A stretch of DNA of 64,000 bases from Eledone cirrhosa (Eukaryota): assembly GCA_964016885.1 (NCBI GenBank), contig OZ024745.1, positions 93,682,001 to 93,746,000 of the forward strand, read 5' to 3'. How positions within the stretch are numbered: position 1 is the first letter of the stretch; every line of letters starts with the position of its first letter. A model generated the notes under the pieces. The model was given only the letters and a program-made list of their open reading frames with translations. It was not told the origin of the DNA and did no database searches. The translations under genes and the position numbers were made by a program. Shown here in pieces: positions 27,501 to 39,500 of this stretch.

Positions 27501-30500
27501 ATGATCTCAAACTTGTTTCAGAAAGCAATATTGTAGAGATTCTCCTGTTTCAATATCAGCCCTTTACCTAATAAAGTTTAAGAAAAGCTATTCTTATATC
27601 AATTCTTAATACAAGTCTATTCTTACCTTGGAGTTAAAGGACTGAGGGAAGAAAAATTAAGACGATTGCCACTACTGAGATATTGTCCACGACTGGTACG
27701 CAATGATTGGATTCCTTGGTGAAAGGAACCATCTGTACTGCTAGGTGGGCTCAAGGCATCTGGCATCATTAGTTTGTCTGCTGGCAAGGGAGACTCGAAC
27801 TAGAAAAGAGAAAATTATTTGAATTACATAATTTAAACAAATTATACTCAAAATCTGATAGGCAAACAAACATAAACTCAACAACCCCAAATAATCTGGT
27901 TAAAAATAAATCTTAGATGCCATTGTACCTTTTATCTCTAAGGTGAAAATTTATACAATACATTATTTTCCTTAGTAGTTAAATTATTTCTCAAAAATAA
28001 CAAAAAAAATTGCCACTTTTTTTTTGTAAAAATAAGGTTTTAAGGTTTTATTTCAACCTATATTTTAAATTGATTAGTCCAGCAGTAAAATTTCTTTTTA
28101 CAGTTTTCTGTTCTTTTCAAGGCTCTCCATTCGCTTATTTCATGGCTCTATCATCTCTGTATCCTACCCCGTGCACCACCTTCCAGTTAGCTGTTTTAGC
28201 TGACATTGCCTTGCATCCCCACCCTTCATTTCCACAACCTTGATGCCTATCGCTTTCCTCACTTACCCTGATACATCACCAAGGTCAATTGCTACTCGGC
28301 GAACTGCTGCTGCCCCAAGTACAATAAGATTATGATTACAAGGAAGGTGTGGACTCTGCAAGCCGTAGTGAAGGAACATGTTTAGGAAGGCAGTGATTCT
28401 GATTAAAAATGTCTGCACGGAGCAGATGTGGACTCCATAAGCCTTAGTGAAGGTAACTCGTCCAGGAGGGGAGTGACTCGGACAAATAACAACTGCATAG
28501 GGTAGACGTATGGCTTCATAAGCCATAGTAAAAGAAACCCATCTAGAAGAGTAGCCATTCCAAATAAAAACTGATGCAGGGTAGAGAGGACTCTTGAGTC
28601 CAGTAAGATAACCTCTTTAGTGCTAGTGCCACAAATATGCACAGTCAATGCTGTAAAGTGGTTGGTGATAGGAAGGGCATCCAGCCAAAAATATGAAAAG
28701 CACAACAAATACGATTCTCACTAATTGCATATATTGGGCTAACACTAGTCATGTTAGTGATGCGCACGATAGTTGGGTGGCTAGTGTAGCCATGTGCAAG
28801 AACTCCTCAACCAACATCAAGCAATTTTACCCTTTTACCCTTTCAGGTACATAGAACTTCTACCCAAGGAAGTAACAACAACTGTCAAGGTACAAATCTC
28901 AGGACTGCCACTGTTGGCACCCTGAAAGGTAAATCAGGTGAAATTGTAGAACTGTTAGAGAGAAGATGTATGCTGCGTATAAGAAGTAAGATGGAGCGGT
29001 GCCCCAGTGAGACTAATCACAGGCAAACAGCAACAACAGATATAAACTCTACTGGGTAGGAAATGACAATGGGGTAGGAGATGTAGGCATCTTACTAGCT
29101 GAGAAGTGGCTAGATAAGGTGATAGAGGTAGTTAGAGTAAGTGACAGAATCATCAAGCTTAGATTAACTGTAGAAAATAGAATCGTTACAATTACAGCTA
29201 CCTATGCTCAACAGGCAGGACTGAGTAAATACCAAAAGGATAGGTTCTATGAGGAACTTTTATAGACAACTTCAGGGACTGATGAAAGAGAACTCATCAT
29301 CCTGGCAGGCAACTTCAATGGACATGTGAGGCAGTACCAGGATGAATTCAGTGGAGTCTACGGCGGCTCTGGTTATGGCTCAAGAAATGAAAAGGGATTG
29401 AGGCTTCCTGGAATTCTGTGACGTGAATGAATTAACCATTTGCAACACAAATTTCAGGAATGTGCAATGTAAATATGAGAGAGAGGCAGAGCTTGGATGA
29501 ACTGAGGAAGAAAATAAGTTTAAGAGGAATCCGAAGTGGTCTGCAAGAGAGGAGACTGCATTCGTATAGACATGTGAAACATATGGATGATGATCGCTGG
29601 GTGAAGAAGTGCCAGGAAATCTCAATAGAAGGAAGTCGTAGTAGTTCAAGCAAGATCTGGTGAGAAATGAAGCAACCATACTTCACTGGATGTGCAATAT
29701 AAATGTGAGAGAAAGGCACAGCTTGGATGAACAGAAGGAAAAGTTGAATTTAAGAGGAAACTGAGGTGGTGTGCAGGAGAGAAAACCGTGTTGATACGGT
29801 CATGTGATGCACATGGATGATGGTCAATGGGAGAAGAAGTGTCAGGAAATGTCAGTGGAAGGAAGCCACAGTAGAGGTAGACCAAAAAAGACCTAGGGAG
29901 AGGTGGCAAGAGATGACTTCAAATTGCTGAGACTTATAGAGAGGACGAAGAAAAGCAGAAAGTGGAGAAATGCTGTGCTGAGAAGGACCTGTCCAACCCA
30001 TGTAAGCATGGAAATGCGGACATAAAAGCGATGAGGATGATGATATATCTCTTAGGTTTTTACTGAAAAGTAAAGGACAACTTATAGACTAAATAGTACA
30101 ATAACATGTGAATAGAAAAAGTTTGATGTTATAAGTAAGGTGGCAAAGCACAATACTAATAAACAAGGTTACCTTACCTTACAAATTCCTCCAGGTGTAC
30201 AGTCTGACACTGGAGTAATGCTGTCCTGAGAACTAGGGATAATCTGAGGAGACTGGTGTAATTGCATCAATTTTAATTTTCCATCTGGAGGCTGGTAAAA
30301 AGGATTGGTACTATGGATAGGAGTAGACTGAGGAAAGGGAACTTTGGGTGGCTGGAAGATCTTTGTAACATCAACTTTTTCACCTGACAAAAGTAATATA
30401 TTTCAACATCAGTTTAAAATCATTTAAAAAAAATTCCTGCTATTCATATAACATTTTAAAAAAACTAGAACGGAGTTAACATTAAGACAATAAACTGTTT

Positions 30501-33500
30501 AGCTGATATCATTGTTGCTTAAATTGTTGTACTGAGAATTTAATATCTAGGATTGGAGGCACATGGCTTAGTGGTTAGAGCATTGGGTTTGCAATCAAAA
30601 GGTTGTGAGTTCAATTCTCAGACCGGGTGATGTGTTGTTTCCTTGAGCAAGACACTTTGTTTCACATTGCTCTAGTTTACTCAGCTGTAGAAATGAGATG
30701 ATAGGACTGAGGTCCCTATCATTCCATTGCAAAGTGGTCGTGGAGGTGCTACGGCAAAAAAGCACCCAGCACTCACTGTAAATGAGGTTGGTGTTAGGAA
30801 GGGCATCCAACTGTAGAAATCAAGCCAGAATCAGTTCCCGTCCCACCTTTGCAAGCAGGGAAAAGCGGACATAAAATGATAATGATGATGATGATGATGA
30901 TTAGAACTGAGCAATAAAGTATATCTCAAAGGAATAATTGTGCTTAAAAAAATTTTTTTTTTATAAAATCAATGAATATTTTAAAACTAATTCCCTAATG
31001 AAATGAAATTCAAATGCTATCATTTTTGGACAATATATCTGAATGGAGGCACATGGCTTAGTGGTTAGAGCATTGGCCTTGCATCTGAAAAGTTGTGAGT
31101 TCAATTCTCAGACCGGGTGATGTATTGTTTCCTTGAGCAAGACACTTTATTTCACATTGCTCCAGTTTACTCAGCTGTAGAAATGAGATGATAGGGACTG
31201 GGGTCCCCATCATTCCACTGTAAAGTGGTCGTGGAGGTGCCACAGCAAAAAAGCACCCAGCACTCACTGTAAATGAGGTTGGTGTTAGGAAGGGCATCCA
31301 GCTGTAGAAATCAAGCCAGAATCAGTTCCTGTCCCACCTTTGCAAGCAGGGAAAGGCGGACGTAAAATGATGATGATGATGATGATGATGATGATTAGAA
31401 CTGAGCAATAAAGTATATCTCAAAGGAATAATTGTGCTTAAATGATCAGTGACCTTCATTACTCTATACTTCAGAAGCTGTGAAAGAATGAACCAACAAA
31501 TTCAGCTTCCCATTTACACGATCATATTGTACAAGTAATGGAATGGAAATGGATATGATTTCAAAGGATTTATATCTGGAAATAGAGTAAATGCCACAGA
31601 AAACTTGGACAATGTATCTGAATATATGTTTAGGGATTCAGATGTTTGTGTTCAATGATGACTACTTTTCTGCAATCTTACAACTTGCCCAACAAATCAA
31701 ATTTCCTTGAACTATACTCTGTAATGTGGTTGCTGTTAGGAAGGGCATCCAGCCAGAGAAACCATACCAAAATTGGAATGTATGTCCATCCTATCTACAA
31801 AGGTATAACTCTAAATAAGAACAGATTCAGATAACCCAGCCAACCAGTGCTAGCATGACAAGCAAATGTAAAATGATGAGTATTCTAATTAGAAACCCTT
31901 AAGCATTTTACCTTTAGCATTTTAACTGGCCGTATCCAGCCAGAATTCTCTCACCTCTTTCTGTTCAAACCAGCTGTAACTGGCCACACATACTGATGTT
32001 AATGTATTGTTCTCAAAATAAATAATATCAAAATCACATAATATCTCATCTATGTGAAATGAAGCCTTTACCGCAAAAATACAATAGTATATATAGAGTA
32101 ATGTAAATGCTGAAGGGTTAAACCACCAGTCTAAAAGGCAGCTTCAATGATTTTTATGATAAATCTTGCTCCCAGTACTTGAAAGGAATAACTTTCTTTA
32201 ACTTACTTTCACTCATTTTAATGTTACTCTTAAAAAAAAAATCAAAGTGATTCTTACCAAGAGAAATTGCCATACAAGAAAAAGGAATGGTGTCACTTAC
32301 CTAGACTGCAGAGCTTAGCAAACGAAGACCAGAGTAAAGGATTCAATTTTAAACTTTTTTGATAACATTCTGAAGCATGAGAAAATCGCTCAGTTTTACT
32401 GAAAATGAGAAAAAGAAATAAATATTACTAAGATTGTATAATATGCAATAGAAATGCAACACACAAAATGTAAAGACCAATAGAAGTTTAAATTCATGGT
32501 TGCAATCATCATCACCCTTTAACGTTCACATTTCCACGCTACCATGGGTTAGACGAGTTGACCCGTTGTGAGACAAGTCAGATCAGGTGACCACGACTTG
32601 CTCATACAGAACTAGTTTTGGATTGGTTTCTATGGTTGGATGCCCTTCCTAATGCCAACCACATTTACAGTGTGGATTGGGCACTTTTTGTCGTGTCATT
32701 AACTCGACCACTTCAAGGTGTGGCCTGGATACTTTTTGTCATGTCACCAACACGACCACTTTACAGTGTAAGCTGGACACTTTTTATTGTGTCACCAACA
32801 CGACCACTTAGTGTGGGCTGGACACTATTGTGTCACCAACACTACTTTACAGTGTGGCTTGGACACTTTTTGTAGTGTCACCAACACGACCACTTTACAG
32901 TGTGGACTGGATACTTTTTGTAGTGTCACCAACACGACCACTTTACAGTGTGGGCTGGGTGCCTTTTATCATGTCACCAACTCAACCACTTTACAATGTG
33001 GGCTGGACACTTTTTATCATATCACCAACACGACCACTTTACAGTGTGGGCTGGGTGCTTTTTATCATGTCACCAACTCAACCACTTTACAATGTGGGCT
33101 GCACACTTTTTATCATATCACCAACACAACCACTTTACAGTGTCGGCTGGACACTTTTTGTCATATCACCAACACGACCACTTTACAGTGTAGGCTGGGT
33201 GCTTTTTATCATGTCACCAACTCAACCACTTTACAATGTGGGCTGGACACTTTTTATCATATCACCAACACAACCACTTTACAATGTGGGCTGGACACTT
33301 TTTATCATATCACCAACACAACCACTTTACAGTGTGGGCTGGACACTTTTTATCATATCACCAACACGACCACTTTACAGTGTCGGCTGGGTGCTTTTTG
33401 TTGTGGCAATTGAAATATTAAAAACGTTCTTTATATGGAAATAATGCACATAAGTTGTACTGTCAAAATACTGAATTACTGACCATCTACTGTTTTAGTC

Positions 33501-36500
33501 AAGAGTTCAACATTTGTGCAGTGTCTTTGGACAAAGCAGACGATATATGACAGGCTAATAAAGAAAACCTAACTATTTGCTAAGTTGTTAGTTGCAAGGT
33601 CATGTGACTATAAAGCAGTTTTAGCAATTTTCTTTTCTCCATATTTGGAAAATTTAGATACTTGCATATCCTTACCTATCACTATCAAAATTAACTATGA
33701 AGTAAAAGCTGACCCAGTTTGCTAAACTGGGCAGGTTTTAAATTAGCAGACTTACAAATCATGCGTAGAAAGATAATACAACAGATATTGTATGTTGGTT
33801 TGAAATGATGACATAAATATGGCAATAGTTAAGACCTTAACCTCTCAAGTTCAATGTCTCATTGTGCCATCATTTTTATTCAATTGTGGCTTAAGCTGGA
33901 CAGGAATTTTTGAGGCAGTATCTTATGACTAGATGCCCTTCCTAATACCAAACTTTTTAATTGCCTCTTACAACAAGCAGGGATAAAGCGTTATTAAGAT
34001 ACAGTATTCTAAAAACACACATGATAGTGTAAAAGGTGTGAGGTGTGAATATACACAAACACAAATGTAACATGGTAAAACAAAATGAAATTCAAGAAAA
34101 TCAGTATTCATCAGCTTAGCACACTAGCATCATGTAGACACTGAGAAATTACTTACCTATAAAGATTTCCTAATAAGCTAAATACATGGCAGGCCACTGG
34201 ACCATATTCCACTTCAATTTCTTCAAACGTTTTACTCTTTGAGACAGCATTTCCAACCAAGAGCTCTTCAGCTTCTGATAATCTGAAAATGAACACACAA
34301 TTTAATTTTTAAATAAAATTTATCTTCAAAATAAAACATTTCAAATGTTGCATACTGTATTGTCCCTAAAACATTTTAATGTTCCATAACAGACAAAATC
34401 CTCAGAGATTTTGTGTTGGTGTTCTGCAGAGTAATAGAGGATTCTGTCTGCTGGTGTTCTGCAGAGCAATACACTGGCCCCTAACCTATTAATAATCTGC
34501 TTGGATTATGTACTTCGAACATCAGTTGAAAGAGTATGGCTTCACACTGAAACCAGCAAGAAGCAGACACTATCCAGCCGAGACCATTACCAATGCTGAC
34601 TATGCAGATGATCTTGCAATATTGGATAGAGTACATGAATCAGAATCCCTGCTACATAGTTTGGAGGGAAGTCAAAGGCATTGGACTGTGTAAATGTGGA
34701 CAACACTATAAACTAATTAGTCAGTAAACCTCTGAAAGAAGATGACCCTCAAAACAAAGTCTCACTGAAAGTGACAAACACACGATTCAGCAAAGTTTGG
34801 GTTGCCTTGGATAAGACAATTTGGAAATCGAAGCCATTCATTGAGTAGACACGATCCTGTACTATTTGATTAATTGTGTGTTCAACAAGCTCATAACCTA
34901 CCATACCAGATGTTTGTAGCATTTCGGCAACTATACCAAATAGTTCAGTTGCTTTCCCTACCTTCATATCCTTAATCGCTTTATCATTCCGCTGTCAACT
35001 TTTATGACTAGTCCCTCAGTTGGATTTACATAAGGTAGGCCCTCACTGTCCCATTTATTCTCTTCATTCAGCAGTTTCTTGTAGTAGGGCTTCCACGACT
35101 CTTTCTTTTCAACATCACTCAGAGCAAGTGCTCCACTATTATTTCAAACAAACGTTTCCCCCATTCCTATCTCAATTTTCTCTATCACGTTGTCCTACAA
35201 TCTGAAACATTTCATGTCTCTGATCCTCACGACATAGAACATGTAAACTTTTTTTTCTGCTTCTCCTCTTGCTAAGTATACCTGTCACTTGGTCTCTTGT
35301 TATTTGGAATTGTTCTGTTTTCTGTTTTTCCCTTTCTTACAATCTTGTCTTTTTGCTTTTATGGCTCTACCTACTATCATTCCACCACTACAACTTCCTC
35401 TGTCTTGCTGGAACCTTGCTCCAACTATGGACCTGGTCCATGGCTTTCAGCAGATTGTCTTATAGAAATTCCCAATTGTTCTCTATGCTATAGGTCTCGT
35501 TCTCTTCTTTAGTCATAAGCATCAAGTAAGATTTCTGAAATTGTAGGCAACTGAGGATGTGTTCAGCTTCCATGTATTCCTTTTCCACACTGGCTTTTGT
35601 CTATTAGTCCATCTAGCCCTGACTCTAAGGTCACATAACTTATCTAAGTTGGTAGGCACATTCTTCACCAGAGATGAACTTGACATTTCACCTATTTCAT
35701 TTCCTGGTGAGAATGAAGTCTATTTAGCTCATATGGACCTCTGATCTGTAGATAATCAGGTTGCTGGCTGGCTGGTTTCCTGAACTTCATGTTGCAAATG
35801 GTTAAATCATATGCATCACATAACCCCAGAAGCCTAGACCCTCCTCATTTCTTGTACCATACCCATAGCCTCCATATACAACAGTGTTTCCCAACATGTC
35901 TGGAATTCTCAGCTGTAATAATGGGACCACTGTCATTCGTCATTGTGTTAGTCTGTAAGAGGACTTCATAAAAGTGGTCCTTCAGCTCATCTGCAAGTCC
36001 AGCTTGTGATGCGTACTCAGCGATTATAGTAGCTGTCGTATTACCCAAAGTTAGTCTAAGTTTAATTATCCTATTACAAACTCTGACCACGCAATTACCT
36101 GGTCCACCTATTTCTCAGCTAGCAGTATTCTTAAATCAGCCACACCATCACTGCTACTCACCCAAAATAATGTGTACCCATGTTTATACTGATGCTACAA
36201 CAAAAAATACCCAGTCCATCATGTAAGGTAGTAATGCTGGTACCATGAAACAAGCACCCAGTTCACACTGTAAGGTGGCTGGCATCCAGTCAAAGAAAAC
36301 CAAACAAAGATATTCCAACTACAAATATTTTGTAAATATCTTGTATCACTCAGAGATCAGAGTCGCTCCAGGTAGAGCTGCGTCTTCTCCGAATTAAGAG
36401 ACCACAGCTCAGATATTATGGACATGTGATTAGAATGTCTCTAGAAAGAATCACTGGATAGATTTTATGGGCAAAACCAGCTGGCAAGAGACCCAGAGGT

Positions 36501-39500
36501 AGACCATGAGTAAGATGGTTAGATAATACCCATGAGCTCAGTTAGTCTTGCTTGGGGATCCAGCAAGATCATTTGAAGATGGTTACTGCCAACAGGACCC
36601 ACTGGACGGCGTTGCTTAAGGACTCCTTCCCTATGGCCCTCCCTAGAATAAATGAGTGAAGATGATCTTGTATACCATTCTACACGTGGAACCTGAGATC
36701 AGATATGACAAGAGTTTTCGCATCTTAATAATATATCAGCTTCTTTAACAGACAGGAATGGTTAGCAGATTCCTAAAGTGTTATCAGTAATAGCTTATCT
36801 TCTCTATAGAGAAATAGATCTTTAAATGCAATGAACCTGAAACTATACACTGATTTATAATTCTTATAACTTATATGTTCAAACAACAATAGTTTATGTC
36901 TCTCTGACCCAACCAGAAATTAATTCAGGCATATAAAAGTTAACTGAAGCAAGATAAAAAAAAAACTAATATTCTAGATAGTAGCTGATTTTCAAATACT
37001 TTATTTATAATTCCTTTACTGAATACTAAGATTTAATTTTCAAAAAATATTTTCGCATTTCTCAACGCAGGATGAAGATTTAGCAATATCATCCCAGACA
37101 TGAAAAATAAGAAAAATCCTTAAGGAATGATTATCATAATGACAAAAGGTTCAATCATTTTTACTTAGCATATTTTGAGAGGATTAATCCTTTTGATAAT
37201 CCCCCACCACCCATCGATTCTACAATACAAAACTGTTTATTTTAAAGTGTACTAGCAGAATGGCCCGGCGTTGCTCGGGATTTGCTCTAGGGTTCTTATA
37301 TATTTGATATTTATCCTTATCGAGCCTCGTGAAATAAATACGTTTGTTTATATTTTGTTATTGTGTATGCAAAAATATCTGTACATGAATATATAATTAT
37401 ATATATATTATATATATAACAGTACAGAGACGTACGGAATACCTCGGCCTCGGGATGCTGTCTACATTATGTGCTTATAGCAAAAATTCATCGTAGATTA
37501 CCAGGGTTTTTTCCGTGCGAAGAAAATCAATACTTTATCGCGAAATAAATACTTTTGTTTATATTTTGTTATTGTGTATGCAAAAATATCTGTACACGAA
37601 TATATATATTTATATGGAGGCACATGGCTTAGTGGTTAGAGCATTGGCCTTGCAAGCGAAAGGGTGTGAGTTCAATTCTCAGACCGGGTGATGTGTTGTT
37701 TCCTTGAGCACGACACTTTATTTCACATTGCTCCAGTTTACTCAGCTGTAGAAATGATATGATAGGGACTGGGGTCTCTATCATTCCACTGCAAAGTGGT
37801 CGTGGAGGTGCCACGGCAAAAAAAGCACCCAGCCCACACTGTAAAGTGGTCGTGGAGGTGCCACGGCAAAAAAAACACCCAGCACTCACTGTAAATGAGG
37901 TTGGTGTTAGGAAGGGCATCCAGCTGTAGAAATCAAGCCAGAATCAGTTCCCGTCCCACCCTTGCAAGCAGGGAAAAGCGGACGTAAAATGATGATGATG
38001 ATGATATATATATAAAAATAACAGATTAAAGTTTAAGCAAAGAATCACTGCTTTCACCCTTAACGGGATCTTCTGAAACTAAACACACACCGCGTCATAA
38101 TGTCGTAATGCAGACAGCCAGACATACAGACAGATATTATAAGGCGCAACATTATATCTATGTATCTATCTAAAAAGAGAAAGACTAAGAATTATAGAGA
38201 GATATCACTAAATCGCCTAATGTGGTCCCAAGGGCATTGAAAATTTTTAATATTTTTTGCTCAAAACACTCACAGGACCATAAGTATTACATGTGTAAAG
38301 TTTGAAAACAATCGGTTGGGTGGTTCTCGAGTTTTAGTGAATGGACAGACAGACAGACACACATTCTCTGATGGACATGAAAATGACCTCATGATGAGTA
38401 TGAACTCTGTCCAGGTAGAGCTAACCTCCACAGGGAAAATGGCCTTAAAAGTAGTTATATTACTAAATCTTTTCAAATTCTTCACTGAAACTGAATGGGT
38501 TAAAGATTAAATATCTACCAAACACAATTCCTATCTCCAACAAAAATTTCATCTGCATTATCTCTTCTGTGATGTTTAAATGTTCCCGGATCTACCCAAT
38601 TCTTTGCACTCAAATTTGGCCTTATTGATACTAGATTTGATTGGTTTCTAGCCACACAAGTTTGAGCATGTCCATCCTACCATCAATTGTTTGTTATATA
38701 TAATATAAACCAATATTATATATCTTAATCATTACTAGTGGACACAGCAACTACTTTAATGTAACACAATAAAATGCACTGGTATACTTCATAAAGTGAT
38801 TGGTGACAGGAAGGGCATCCAGCCTAAGAAAACTTGCCAAACAAAAAGTAGAGAGGACTCTTCATTTGTGTCATAGTTCTGGTGGCATGATTGAATGATG
38901 TTTCTCATTCTGTAGAGTGCAAGAGTATATATAAGCAGATGGTTCCTGGTCCATCTGAAAAATCACTGGCTCCAATTAAATAATGATTTGGTCTGTGATG
39001 ACCTGCCCAACCCTTGCTAGCAGGCTCTTTCTTCCCTTGTCTTGTCTATAGTTGTGATGTCAGAATGCATTCAGAGTTGAATCCTGCCCATAGATGTTTA
39101 TGTTTCACTAGAGCAGTCAATTCCCATCAGTATTCGTGCTTTGAAGTGTGTTCATTTCTGATGTAAAATGTTCAACGATTGGTTGAATTAGGAAGCTATG
39201 CTTAGTTTGAACCAACCAGGGAGTGTTTTATGAATCATTTATGAATAATTTTAGCAATGTGGTAGTTAGTTACAAGTTACATGTGAAAGACAGAACCATG
39301 TTTTTTGAAGGAACATTTTTTTAAAATAAACATGTCGTAGATAGTGAAAATGATTATATTTTTGAAAACTTTACAGAAATTGATGTAGTTGGAGAAAATA
39401 AAGATTGAAATATATTTGGAAAATGAAGAGAATTTATCAGATATTGATTTAATGTTTGAATATGACTGATGTATTGATGATGAATTTGCCTGGAAACCAA

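Noticed and set aside
30555-30630. SINE heads (also 31045, 37616 and 13078 minus) as tRNA genes
   Set aside because: A/B boxes are present but there is no complete cloverleaf, and they continue into SINE body and tail.
32618-33444. Long ORFs (208 aa, 204 aa) with 16-aa periodicity; array superficially CRISPR-like
   Set aside because: The ORFs are by-products of a stop-free 48-bp tandem unit. Units abut with no unique spacers, no cas genes are present, and the context is a eukaryotic intron with a SINE-derived unit.
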